Numbered from the stretch's first letter, positions 12,715 through 25,303 are shown. The stretch: 39,539 nt of DNA from Octopus bimaculoides (GCF_001194135.2 NC_068983.1:160609243-160648781); one strand, 5' to 3'. Translations and numbers: made by a program. Notes: generated by a model not told the origin, from the letters alone.

Positions 12715-13149
12715 TGCATGTATGTATGTATATGCATACATATATAAGGAACAAATAAATGAATAAATAAAAAAAATTCTAATTTACTTATTTCAGATAT
12801 GATATGTATATGAATATCATTACTATTAATACATATATTATGATAAGTAGTCTCATGCAAATCAATACATGATTGATAAATGTATTTCTTGTCTAGTGTA
12901 CATATTGGATAAATCAATCTGCCACAATGTGCTGAATTGCATTATTCGTGTCTATACTTATATGTATTTCAATTGTACCAAATGGAATTTTCATTATTAG
13001 ATTGACACAGGACATAGAAAGGTGTGGGAGGTTGGTAGCAAAAAAAAAAAATGATGGTTTCAGATTTAAATTATTAATTGCAAAAAATAAGTAAAGATTA
13101 TGTATGTATGTGTGAATATACATATACGTGCATGTGTATGTGTGTAGAT

Positions 13150-13168
13150 ATATATACTATAAATATAA

Positions 13169-13238
<70 letters not shown>

Positions 13239-13250
13239 TTACATACATAC

Positions 13251-13281
<31 letters not shown>

Positions 13282-13288
13282 CACATAC

Positions 13289-13340
<52 letters not shown>

Positions 13341-13400
13341 ACACGTACATACATATGCACATACATATAAGTTTATGCATACGCGCACACACACACACAC
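13150..13400. repeat. (TA)n/(GT)n/(CA)n compound microsatellite
   Basis: Directly visible. Confidence 0.95.
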
Positions 13401-14314
13401 ATTATGTATATAATAATTAAATTAACAGGCTGTTTTCTTTTTCTTCCTCTCCTCAGCCTTTGCTGCTTGCTTTTCTTTCTCTCTCTCTGTCTCTCTCTTT
13501 CTATTCCATTTTTCTTTTCACACTATTTCTCTCATTTGTCTTTACTTTCACCCTCTACTCTTACTCATTAATGCATTTCACTTCAAGATTCCTAGCAGAT
13601 ATTGGCTTCAAATGTAATGGAATTATAGGAAGCTTTGATAATCTTATATTCTTTAGGATTTGCAACAAATGTTTTTATTACAACTATTAAAATAAGCAGC
13701 AAATTGGCAAAGTCAGCTGAATATCTTGTGGAGTTTGTTCTGATGCTTGACATTAGGAACTTAAATCTTGCTAAGATCAACTTTGCCCTTTTGTTCTCCT
13801 GGGATCAATAAAAAGAATCAATCAAAGGTGATGGATTGGCAGTAATGTTAGAACATCAGACCACATGCCTTGCTGTATTTGTTCCAGCTCTTGGTACTCT
13901 GAGTTCAAATACTACCATATTCTACTTGAGGGGTAGTCTTAATCTGTTGGCCAGTTTGACCCCCACCTCCTGATACTTAGAGAATTGTTGGTGCTGTCTA
14001 TTTTGTTACAAGCATCAGACCAGGTCTCTGGATTGAAGATATCTCCCACCTTCCTTCCCACCAGTCTCAATGGCTATGTGAAGGATCATGAGAATTGCTC
14101 AGTTCCCCATGGCCACAGTCTAATGACTGAAACAAGTAAAAGATAAAAGATTAAAGATAAAAGATACATGCGCCCAAAAGTATCTGCACATAGACATGCA
14201 CTCATGTTTGAATGCATACATACTAACGTGTTCAAATATAAAAAAAAAAAGATATCAGTATTTATGTGCTTGTGTTTGCATACATGTATATGTCACTTTG
14301 CATGAAATTTTATA

Positions 14315-14480
14315 GCCATGGTTGAATGCTTAAGAAGTTTGCTTGTTAAATATGAGGTTCCTTGTTTGATCCTACAGAGTAGCTTCTTAAACAGGTATCG
14401 CCTTCTGTAGTCTCATAAGGCCTATGTTTACTGATCCCTTGTGAGTGAAATTAGGTATGTGGAAACTGTAGATGGAGTGT
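14315..14480 (+). mobile_element. SINE family A head, heavily degraded
   Basis: agccatggttgaatgcttaagaagtttgctt...ccttgtgagtgaaattaggtatgtggaaactg. Confidence 0.5.
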
Positions 14481-14689
14481 ACTCCTAATTCAAAAGAACT
14501 ACTGATCCTGCAGAAGTTTTTTAAGTGTACAAGTATCTGTGGAATAGTCAGGTACAGTTTACTCCTTGTTAAAACCCAAGCATGAACCATTTGCATTTTT
14601 ATGTAACTGCTTGTGTGAGTGAATGCATGTGTCAGTGTGTGTATTTATTAATGATGATGATGAATTTGATGATAATAATGGTTTCAAAT

Positions 14690-15149
<460 letters not shown>

Positions 15150-15354
15150 NNNNNNNNNNNNNNNNNNNNNNNNNNNNNNNNNNNNNNNNNNNNNNNNNNN
15201 NNNNNNNNNNNNNNNNNNNNNNNNNNNNNNNNNNNNNNNNNNNNNNNNNNNNNNNNNNNNNNNNNNNNNNNNNNNNNNNNNNNNNNNNNNNNNNNNNNNN
15301 NNNNNNNNNNNNNNNNNNNNNNNNNNNNNNNNNNNNNNNNNNNNNNNNNNNNNN
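15150..15354. other. Assembly gap (205 N)
   Basis: Run of N. Confidence 1.
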
Positions 15355-15720
15355 TAATGTGAACCTTGACCAGCAAAATGTCATAAAAGAGTTAGAACCA
15401 GCGGAGAGCTACAAATACCTAGGGGTAATTGAAGGGGACAATATCAAGCACTCAGTGATGAGGGAAAGGATCAGAAGAGAATGTTATCACAGGGTGAGAG
15501 CAATACTGAAGACAGAGCTGAACGCGAGAAACAGGATCGAAGCGATCAATGCTCTAACCATACCAGTCGTGACTTACAGTTTCAACATCGTTAACTGGTC
15601 AATTACTGAAATATGTAATGTTGACAGAAAAATACGAAAACTGTTGACAATGCATAGAATGCACCACCCTAAGGCAGATATAGAACATCTTTATCTGCCA
15701 TGAAAAGAGGGAGGCCACCA
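15355..15720 (+). mobile_element. R4/Dong-like LINE RT domain 7/thumb fragment
   Basis: ORF 15359..15703 contains YKYLGV, ELNARNRIEAINALTIPVVTYSFNIVNW and HHPKADIEHLYLP*KEGG. Confidence 0.85.
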
Positions 15721-16079
15721 GACAGAAGAACACTACTAGTCCTTCTTTGGTAAACACCACTGAATAATAAAGGTAGGTGGTAGAGGTGATCCTCATGATG
15801 AACTTGACCAATAGGTAGATTTGTCCTACACAGAACAACAGCTCTTTTACTCTTTTACCTGTTGCAGCTATTTGATTGTGGCCACGCTGGAGCACCACCT
15901 TTAGTCGAGCAAATCAACCTCAGGAATTATTTTTTGTAAGCCTAGTACTTATTCTATCAGTCTCTTTTGTTGAACCGCTAAGGTACGAGTACGTAAACAC
16001 ACCAGCATCAGTTGTCAAGCGATGTTGGGGGGACAGACACAGACGCACAAACATATACACACACATACATATATATATA

Positions 16080-16390
16080 NNNNNNNNNNNNNNNNNNNNN
16101 NNNNNNNNNNNNNNNNNNNNNNNNNNNNNNNNNNNNNNNNNNNNNNNNNNNNNNNNNNNNNNNNNNNNNNNNNNNNNNNNNNNNNNNNNNNNNNNNNNNN
16201 NNNNNNNNNNNNNNNNNNNNNNNNNNNNNNNNNNNNNNNNNNNNNNNNNNNNNNNNNNNNNNNNNNNNNNNNNNNNNNNNNNNNNNNNNNNNNNNNNNNN
16301 NNNNNNNNNNNNNNNNNNNNNNNNNNNNNNNNNNNNNNNNNNNNNNNNNNNNNNNNNNNNNNNNNNNNNNNNNNNNNNNNNNNNNNNNNN
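16080..16390. other. Assembly gap (311 N)
   Basis: Run of N. Confidence 1.
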
Positions 16391-16400
16391 TATATATATG

Positions 16401-16441
<41 letters not shown>

Positions 16442-16582
16442 TTAGGGACAAAATCCAAAATTACAGGTAAAAACTCAATTAAAATCAATTTATAAAAAAT
16501 TAAAATTAAAATTAAAATTAAATTAAATATGTGATAGTGGATTTTCATCGATGAGTTCTTGAAACTTGGTTATTTTCCCTAA
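16442..16582. mobile_element. Unclassified 141-bp insert with imperfect inverted ends (TTAGGGA...TCCCTAA) inside the SINE microsatellite
   Basis: ttagggacaaaat at 16442-16454 and attttccctaa at 16572-16582, flanked by (TAA)n and (TA)n. Confidence 0.35.
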
Positions 16583-17339
16583 AACTATATATATATATAT
16601 ACGAAATCCGTCTACTAAATCCACTCACAAGGCTTTGGTCGGCCTGCGGCTATAGTAGAAGACACTTGCCCAAGGTGTCACGCAGTGGGACTGAACCCAG
16701 AACCATGTGGTTCGTAAGCAAGCTACTTACCCCACAGCCACTCAACTTAATTTCACAAGTCAGCAATGCCCATCAGACACTGCTCAAGTTCATGCAGCAT
16801 GGTTTTTGTTGCTCTGCATGCATCTTGGCCAGTCCCATGAGCTTATTGTATACAGCATTTATGCACTCTATAACTCAAATGAATGAATAAAAAATGGTGT
16901 CAGAAAAGAGCCATTAGTGAAGTTAAAAAAGATAATAATGAAAGCTAGAAGTACATGCACTGTACACAAAATAAAACATAAAAAGATAGAAAAGTGAACA
17001 GTGAAAGCGCCATGCAGAAGAACGGGTGCCTAAGCACATCAGGAATAATGTTATCTAATTTCATAAAGCATGGAATTTTTAAAGGGAATAGTGTCATGCC
17101 AGTTAACAACTGATACAAGTTGTTTATTCCATGCTTCAACAATTATAGGCATGATAAAATGCTTCCAGAAATCATGGGTACTGTGCTGTTGTTTTTTTTT
17201 TTTTTAATTCTATAAGCATGTCTATGGGTGGTAGAGGTATTGAATTCAAAAAGGTGGCCAAAGTTGTTGTTGGAATGATAGCGGGTAGGTAATCTTGTGG
17301 GCTTCTACCAAGTCAGTTGCTAAACATTGACATTGAAAC

Positions 17340-17588
17340 TTAGTGTGTATTTTTGTGTGTGCGTGCGTGCATGTGTGTGTATGTGTGTGAGAGAGAGAGA
17401 GAGAGTGTGTGTTTGGGTGAGTGCATACAGCTGGGGCAATTGTATATGTATATGCATCTGATTGAGTCTGTGTGTATGAGAAAATGTATATGTATGTTTG
17501 TATATGTGATTGAATGTATATGTGTTTGTTAGTGGGTTTGTGTATTTGTGTATTTGTGTTGAGTTGCTGTGTTTTTGTGACTGTCTGA

Positions 17589-17619
<31 letters not shown>

Positions 17620-18070
17620 TGTATGTATGTATGTATGTATGTGTGTGTGTGTGTATGTGTGTATGTTTGTGTGTGTGCACATGCATTAATATATATGCAA
17701 CAGTGAATGAAGAAGTATATGTGTGATTGCACATATAAGTGACTATGGATGAGGGAGTGTGAATCTGTAGAGTTGAGAAAGAAGGAGAGAGAGAGAAAGA
17801 GAGAGAGAGTGTGTATGTATGTGTATGTGAGTGTATATGTATATCAATGAGTGTGAATGTGTGAGTGACTCTGTAACTGATAGTGTAAGAGAATGAGTGG
17901 GAATATGTATGAGAGAGAATGAAAAAAGAGAAAGAGAGAGAGAAGAAATGTAGGCATATGCCTGTGTGTTTTTGTATACGTATTTGTTTGTGTATGAATG
18001 TGCGTATACGTATATGTGTGTTTTTACAAATGTGTGTCTTTATGTGTCCATATGTGTTTGTGCACACTCA
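17340..18070. repeat. GT/GA/GTAT-rich low-complexity block
   Basis: Directly visible, including (GTAT)n at about 17592-17640. Confidence 0.85.
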
Positions 18071-18399
18071 CATGTGAGCATTTTCAATCTTGCTTGTGTG
18101 TGTAATATTCTTTATAAAAAAGCACGGCAAAGGGAGATTAGAACTTGTATGCAACAAGTGTGAACGTGGTGAGGGCTGGTTGTAGTTTCAAGCAGTGAGA
18201 TAAAACTAACTAGTAATTTACAGTGATGTAGTAAAGAATGAAATTAAAGATGAAAAAGCTTCTGAGGGAAGAAAAATAAAAAAATATTTTCTGTCAAAAA
18301 AAAAAAAAAAATATTCAATCAAAATTTTTAACAATTAGTTTTCAAAATGAAATAGAATTACAAGTTTCAATCATTGAATAAAGAATAATTATTCTGATG

Positions 18400-18930
18400 G
18401 CATCATCATTGTTACTATCATCATCATCATCATCACCATTGTCTTAGTCGTTAGTGGTGGTGCCACTACTGCAGTTGTCATTATCAGCAGCAACAGCAGC
18501 AACAGCAGCAACAGCAGCGTTGTCATCGTTGTCATCATTGTCATCATCCACATCATTGCTATCATCATCATAATTTTCACCATGATCCTCACTGTCATCA
18601 ACATCATCATCATCATCATCATCTCCCTACTACTCTTCCTTATCATCACAATTGTCATTATCATTTGTCATCGTCATCAGCAGCAGCAGCAGCAGCAATA
18701 TTACCATCGTTGTCATCAGCATTTAATTCAGTAGCATCAATGGATATTGGAAAGTTTGAAGATAATATTGATAATGATGATGATGATGATGATCAGAAGG
18801 AGGAGGAGTTGGTCAATGGCTGTACAGTTGGTGATGGTGCAGGTGATGGGCATGGTTGCAGTGGCAGTCGTAATGAATGACAATGATAATGATGACAGTA
18901 ATGATGATGGTGATGACATTGGTGTTGAAT
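18400..18930. repeat. Degenerate trinucleotide mosaic (CAT/CAG/GAT)
   Basis: Directly visible triplet runs that switch strand polarity near 18750. Confidence 0.85.
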
Positions 18931-19159
18931 GAAAAAAAAAAAACCAATGATGACAATTACTTCTTTGATTAGGCAGCTGACCAGTTATCTATGCTAAAAT
19001 CATTATGAGTGGCTGATTAAATTGACTCCAGTGTCACTTAGTATTTGCACCTGTGCTAGCCATTCTTGATGGGATAAAACACAGAGTTAAATTTGGTAGG
19101 ATTTGAACTCAGGATAATTAGATATCAAGCAAGGTAACATAAAAATTGTTTTTTGTCAC

Positions 19160-20030
19160 AGCTAAGGAGCCCAAATCAGCCGGACTAGCATACCTCAAAG
19201 AAGACCTGGAGGTGAAACACTCAGCATACCAAAAAAACATGCATGGGTATGTCTCTTGTAGATTTGAAGAAGATAGTAACATTGACATGAAGAGAAGCCT
19301 CTCTTGGAATCACGACCACCACATCACACTTAAAAGTCAGTGCATTTGAAACCCAAGAAGAAGAGATTGCTACTAGATATCTAATTGATAAAAGAGATAG
19401 AAGAGTCCTTAGAGTTCTCAGATGCAACCAAAAATGTAGATTATGTCATTTTTATGTGGCAAACATCACATGTGTGATTAGTAGATGGCCAAAAATGTTA
19501 TCAAAGTACTTCCTCCTTATGTGAAATGATGTTTGTCGCAAAAACAATATACAATGCCATTCGGAAAAAAGACTGTCTTGAAATAAATATAGAGAGTTCC
19601 CCTGTTATTGAATACACACATAAATATCAGCATAAAGAATACTGGTGGAATATTCCCATCAAAACAGCTGTCAGGTATAAGGATAACAAGCTGTTTGTTG
19701 TTGTTTGAGACAGACAAGAAAAAGTACATACTGTCATAGAGGTTAGCTATCCTGCTGATGTGAATATCTCTTTGAGAATCAAAGAGAAAGAAGGTAACTA
19801 TGGACAACTGCTTTGAAACCTCCAGCTTCTATATCCAGATTGCAAATTTTACATTTCTTCCAATAATAAATGGAGCACTTGGTTTTGTTTGTAAGATAAT
19901 GCTTAACTGTCAGTGTGGGTAGGCTTGAATTTTCAGAAAAAGAAATCAACCACCTGACTCACACATTACAGATAGAGTCTGTAAACAGAAGAGTAAGACT
20001 ATGAAAGATTTTTCTCAGGTTTAAAATGTG
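19160..20030 (+). mobile_element. RLE-type non-LTR retrotransposon C-terminal relic, divergent family 3
   Basis: KNMHGY..IDMKRSLSW, ETQEEEIATRYL, CNQKCRLCH..CVISRWPKM, VAKTIYNAI..EYWWNIPIKT, IEVSYPADVNISLRIKEKEGNYGQLL, PIINGALG and LEFSEKEINHL...KIFLRFKM*. Confidence 0.75.
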
Positions 20031-20153
20031 ACAGTATTTTCTTTATCTATTTTCCAATGATGGAGCTTTATATCTTCGTTATAAACCAGCTCCTTCTTCA
20101 GGCAAAGAATTTAAATGATTAAAAATAGATGAGAAACATACATATATACATAT

Positions 20154-20210
<57 letters not shown>

Positions 20211-20526
20211 TGTGGGAATTTTGTCTGGCAACTGTTAGTGCCTGCCACCTACAGTTGCTTTCAGAGTAAGAGATGAAGAGAAAGAGGGTTTGCTAATAAA
20301 TACGCTTGTTCAAGTATCATAATGGCATGAAACTAGTAGTAGCTCTTTTGGTTGTATATTTGATTTGATATATATATAATTGGCACTTTGTCAGTTCCAA
20401 CAAGTGTTCCAGTTGATCCGATCAACAGAACAGCCTGCTTCTGAAACTAACATGCAAGTGGCTGAGCACTCCACAGACACGTGTACTCTTAATATAGTTC
20501 TTAGGAAGATTCAGCATGACATACGG

Positions 20527-20780
20527 ATGTATGTATGTATGTATGTATGCATGTACGCATGTACGTATGCATGTATGCATGTATGTACGTATGTATGTAT
20601 GTATGCATGTATGCATGTATGTATGTATGTATGTATGTATGCATGTATGTATGTATGCATGCATGTATGTATGTATGCATGTATATATGTATGTATGCAT
20701 GTATGTATGTATGCGTCTATGCATGTATGTATGCATGCATGTATGTATGTATGCATGTATGCATGTATGTATGTATGTAT
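20527..20780. repeat. (ATGT)/(ATGC) tetranucleotide mosaic array
   Basis: Directly visible; purines and pyrimidines alternate throughout. Confidence 0.95.
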
Positions 20781-21477
20781 ACACACAAACATACTAATCA
20801 AAGTATACAGTATTATTGATCTGTTAGAGCTGATCTTATGAATAAGCTTCACATCTGATATTTGATAACCAGATTATCAAAGATTGCTTTATGGAGCAAA
20901 TGGTTTCTGAAGGTGAGAAAGAGTCACATGCAGTTTGTGGGTGCTATGAAAGGATGAAACAAAGTCGTAGGAGGCAATCATGAGAGGGATCCGTCATGAA
21001 TTATGTCCCTTGCACAAAAAAAAACTGACCTTGAATGAGTTGTGAAGCCAGCAGCATTTGAATGGCAGTGATATGTGTGTGGAGGACTTTTATGGAGAGG
21101 GCTGATATGTATGTTGGGTGGAGGGTAGATAAGATGGGTGCCTGAGCCATTATCCTCATGCATGGCTGCATATGCATACATGTGCGGTTTAGTGTGGTTA
21201 AAATTTAGTGGACTTTCAGGTTCTGATTAGTGGAAGGACTGCTAGTGGAGATCCTAGTGTTTATAATCATGGTGGGGACCAAAGATAAGTCACCAAGAAC
21301 TTTCTTTTATGTGGGCACAAATTGAAAATCTCGTTTTTGCAGTTAAGGTAGGTGTCTGGCTAAAGAGAGTTTTTTTAACAATTCTTTTCTTGGCTAGGCA
21401 TAGCCTACACTTTTTGCTACCATTAAAGTCAGGCTTGCACTTCTCCATGATCTTCCATTTGATGTTGTAGTTCAGAT

Positions 21478-21645
21478 TACATTTGTTCTATCTCTTTATG
21501 TTTTGAGTTCAGATTGTGCTGAGGTCAGCTTTACATTTTGTCTATTTGGGTTGATAAAATACATACCAATGGGGCACTAAGATTGATGCAATCAACTATT
21601 CCCCTCCTCCAAAATTTCAGGCCATGTGCCAATAGTAGAAAGGAC
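21478..21645 (+). mobile_element. SINE family B with (ATT)n-type tail
   Basis: gagttcagattgtgctgaggtcagc...gttgataaaata...cccctcctccaaaatttcaggccatgtgccaatagtagaaagga followed by the triplet array at 21647-21773. Confidence 0.65.
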
Positions 21646-21737
21646 TTTTATTATTGTCATTATTATTGTTGTTGTTGTTGTTGTTGTTATTGTCGTTATT
21701 TTTATTAGTGCTGTTGTTATCATCATCATCATCATCA

Positions 21738-21772
<35 letters not shown>

Positions 21773-21774
<2 letters not shown>

Positions 21775-22920
21775 TTACTTACTTACTTACTTTTAATTTG
21801 CATGTTTGCTATAATCACTTGCCAAGACAAACCCATTGTCCTGGGGCAACTGAAGGATAAGAGATGTTACAGTATGACTGAAAGCTTGGTGAGGGGAAGT
21901 GGCAGTAAAGAAATATCTTCATGTAATAACAGCACAGACATCTAAATGGACAGAGTTTTTCTAAGGACGTGGACAGTACTTGTCAGCACAATCTTTTGGA
22001 TTTTTCTCAGACATGGTTCTCCTGGGATATTATCTACATGTTTCTGACATCCCTTTCTTATTATACCGGAACAGTTCTCGCTTTAAGATGCCACATCTTT
22101 TGTATTTCAATTTCCAGGTCCTTATATCTACTTAATTTTTCAAATTCCTTTACAGATATATTTTTATCAATGGGAACACTTACATCTATTAGTCTACAAG
22201 TATTTTTGTTTCTGTCTTTAATAACTATGTCTGGTCGATTAACCTGGATTGTTCTGTCGGTGTTGACTGGAAAATCCCAGAGGATTAGTGACATTTTTTA
22301 CCTTCAATGACTGGTTCAGGATGATATTCATACCAGTAAGCAGGTGTGCTGATTTTATAGTGTTCACATATTTTCCAATGTAAATACTGTCCTACCCTAT
22401 CGTGGTGATATTTGTATTCGGTTCGTATCACCACAAGACATCCTGAGATAAGATGGTCTATTGTTTCATCAAATGTGTCTCAGAGTCTGCATTTAGGGTA
22501 AGAACCATTTTGAAGAATGTTAGCCAGGTAGTTTTTTGTAAGCAAGCTTTGATCTTATGCTGCCAATATGTAACCTTTAGTCTCTGCTTTCTGTCCTGAG
22601 CTTCTCAACCACTGATGGGTTGTTGCTTGGTCTACATCAGCATTCGATGTATACATTGTCCATGCAGAGGCTTCTGGCTTCACCGCTCCTCAATTTGTTT
22701 CTGCCCATTCTCTTTTGCTGTCTGTTTGATCCATTTTGCTTGTTTTGTGGCAATGGTTCTTCATCAAATTCAGAGTTAATGTCAAGTTCCCTTGCAAATG
22801 TGCAAGCTTCCTTGACAATAGAATATGATTTTTTGCTGCTTTCATGTTTGTACACAAGCCACAGCACCCGGTCCTCTGTACTTGATAAGTACCTGTTTAT
22901 TGTAATAGTGGAGGTCGTAT
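21773..22920 (-). mobile_element. 5'-truncated R4/Dong-like LINE with clear RLE endonuclease
   Basis: KCRL*DTFDETIDHLISGC, HHDRVGQYLHWKIC, ILWDFPVNTDRTIQVNRPDIVIKD..CRLIDVSVPIDKNISVKEFEKLSRYKDLEIEI. Stop at 21942-21944. The tail reads (AGTA)n then (TAA)n; a degenerate TAA run also lies at the 5' end (22930-22952). Confidence 0.88.
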
Positions 22921-22949
22921 AGCACATCCATATTATCATTATTGTTATT

Positions 22950-23140
22950 ATTACCCTATGCACATAAGTAAAAGCAGGGCATTGTAATCACTCATCTTTG
23001 TCTGTTTGTCTGTGTGTTTGCAAAATTACTGGAAAATAGTTGAACAGATTTTCACCGAATTTGGCAGAAATACTCATCGGGTGAGTGGCTCGAAATGATG
23101 AAAATTTGGTATGATTATCTTCAAACATACATAAATACAT
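22950..23140 (-). mobile_element. Possible Helitron/Helentron-type non-autonomous fragment
   Basis: Minus strand has ccaaattcggtgaaaatctgttc (similar to 7660-7685 in the Helitron), ACAG repeats, and an imperfect terminal hairpin ccctgc...gcataggg followed by taataat. Confidence 0.4.
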
Positions 23141-23181
23141 ACATAGATATGCGACTCTGTGTTTGTGTGTTTGTGTGTGTG

Positions 23182-23407
23182 TTATTTCTTTACTACCCAC
23201 AAGGGGCTACACACAGAGGGGACAAACAAGGACAGACAAACGGATTAAGTCGATTATACCGACCCCAGTGCGTAACTGGTACTTATTTAATCGACCCCGA
23301 AAGGATGAAAGGCAATGTCGACCTCGGCGGAATTTGAACTCAGAACGTAGCGGCAGACGAAATACCGCTAAGCATTTCGCCCGGTGTGCTAACATTTCTG
23401 CCAGCTC
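23182..23407 (-). mobile_element. SINE family B, best-preserved copy, alternative 3' tail
   Basis: Minus strand gagctggcagaaatgttagc (A-box-like), gagttcaaattcc (B-box), central gcctttcatcctttcggggtcgattaaataagtaccag (resembles the Meta-type SINE domain; unverified). Confidence 0.8.
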
Positions 23408-23426
23408 TGTGTTTGTGTGTGTGTGT

Positions 23427-23508
<82 letters not shown>

Positions 23509-23580
23509 ATGTGCGTGCGTGCGTGCGTGCGTACGTACGTGTGTGTGTGTGCACGCACGTGTGCATGTGTGTGTATGTAC
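23408..23580. repeat. (GT)n/(GCGT)n microsatellite
   Basis: Directly visible. Confidence 0.95.
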
Positions 23581-23817
23581 AGTGATGGATTTGAGGGTTT
23601 CGTTTACTTACGAATTGATTTCGTAATTTCACCGGAGTATTAATACCTATAATGGTGAGACTTAAAAAGAAATAATTAATTCAGTTCAATTAAAAAGCAT
23701 GGGTAAGCAACACATTGTAAGCCACACTAGAATTTACGAAAAAATTTATCTGCATGTAGGGTATGCATTGCCCCTCCGATGCCATTTTCCATTATTATTA
23801 TTATTATCATTATTATT

Positions 23818-25182
23818 CAGTAGTTTTATTTTTATAACGTGCTTTCACTTCACTACCGAGCGCAGCTCTGTGCGCCTTGGGTATGTGCTGTGGTTTGCTG
23901 TGGTGCTCTTATGTTTACTGTATTGAAAGTGTTTTGCGTAGAATGTGTGCAGTACCCAGTAGTGCAATTTTCTGTATGTTATATATATTTGTAAGTCCTG
24001 GTGTTTTTGTTATGTATTTGTCTGAATATTTTTTTATTATACCTAAGGCACCTACTATGATAGGAATTGTTTCTGTTTTTAGATTCCACATTCGAGTTAT
24101 CTCTATTTCCAGGTCTTTGTATTTTGAAAGTTTTTCNNNNNNNNNNNNNNNNNNNNNNNNNNNNNNNNNNNNNNNNNNNNNNNNNNNNNNNNNNNNNNNN
24201 NNNNNNNNNNNNNNNNNNNNNNNNNNNNNNNNNNNNNNNNNNNNNNNNNNNNNNNNNNNNNNNNNNNNNNNNNNNNNNNNNNNNNNNNNNNNNNNNNNNN
24301 NNNNNNNNNNNNNNNNNNNNNNNNNNNNNNNNNNNNNNNNNNNNNNNNNNNNNNNNNNNNNNNNNNNNNNNNNNNNNNNNNNNNNNNNNNNNNNNNNNNN
24401 NNNNNNNNNNNNNNNNNNNNNNNNNNNNNNNNNNNNNNNNNNNNNNNNNNNNNNNNNNNNNNNNNNNNNNNNNNNNNNNNNNNNNNNNNNNNNNNNNNNN
24501 NNNNNNNNNNNNNNNNNNNNNNNNNNNNNNNNNNNNNNNNNNNNNNNNNNNNNNNNNNNNNNNNNNNNNNNNNNNNNNNNNNNNNNNNNNNNNNNNNNNN
24601 NNNNNNNNNNNNNNNNNNNNNNNNNNNNNNNNNNNNNNNNNNNNNNNNNNNNNNNNNNNNNNNNNNNNNNNNNNNNNNNNNNNNNNNNNNNNNNNNNNNN
24701 NNNNNNNNNNNNNNNNNNNNNNNNNNNNNNNNNNNNNNNNNNNNNNNNNNNNNNNNNNNNNNNNNNNNNNNNNNNNNNNNNNNNNNNNNNNNNNNNNNNN
24801 NNNNNNNNNNNNNNNNNNNNNNNNNNNNNNNNNNNNNNNNNNNNNNNNNNNNNNNNNNNNNNNNNNNNNNNNNNNNNNNNNNNNNNNNNNNNNNNNNNNN
24901 NNNNNNNNNNNNNNNNNNNNNNNNNNNNNNNNNNNNNNNNNNNNNNNNNNNNNNNNNNNNNNNNNNNNNNNNNNNNNNNNNNNNNNNNNNNNNNNNNNNN
25001 NNNNNNNNNNNNNNNNNNNNNNNNNNNNNNNNNNNNNNNNNNNNNNNNNNNNNNNNNNNNNNNNNNNNNNNNNNNNNNNNNNNNNNNNNNNNNNNNNNNN
25101 NNNNNNNNNNNNNNNNNNNNNNNNNTACTGAAAACAGTTTTTTGTTTTGCTCGTGTTTTGTGGCTATTTGTATTAGTTTCCC
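23818..25182 (-). mobile_element. Young 5'-truncated R4/Dong-like LINE (family 1) flanked by (TAA)n on both sides; middle lies in a gap
   Basis: Intact C-terminus EKLSKYKDLEIEITRMWNLKTETIPIIVGALG...ALLGTAHILRKTLSIQ* (stop 23915-23917) and a 3' UTR. Arrays at 23791-23817 and 25183-25303. Confidence 0.88.
24137..25125. other. Assembly gap (989 N)
   Basis: Run of N. Confidence 1.

Positions 25183-25303
<121 letters not shown>

Larger units (their letters stand above)
15842..16743 (-). mobile_element. tRNA-derived SINE family A, both ends present, with expanded or interrupted central microsatellite
   Basis: Minus-strand head gagtggctgtggggtaagtagcttgc...gggttcagtcccactgcgtgacaccttgggcaagtgtcttctactatag (A/B-box-like). 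Tail reads ...aggtaaaagagtaaaagag. Confidence 0.8.

Noticed and set aside
10966-13413. Long ORFs rich in YI/CV/HT repeats or X
   Set aside because: They are translations of dinucleotide microsatellites and N gaps, which lack stop codons; they are not genes.
16442-16448. Interstitial telomere array
   Set aside because: Only single TTAGGG hexamers are present, not tandem repeats.
18389-18932. Poly-Met/Asp/Ser ORFs
   Set aside because: Products of a degenerate triplet-repeat block, with no domain or splice support.
20527-20780. Regular repeat array as a CRISPR-like structure
   Set aside because: No repeat-spacer organisation; it is a simple tetranucleotide repeat in eukaryotic DNA.
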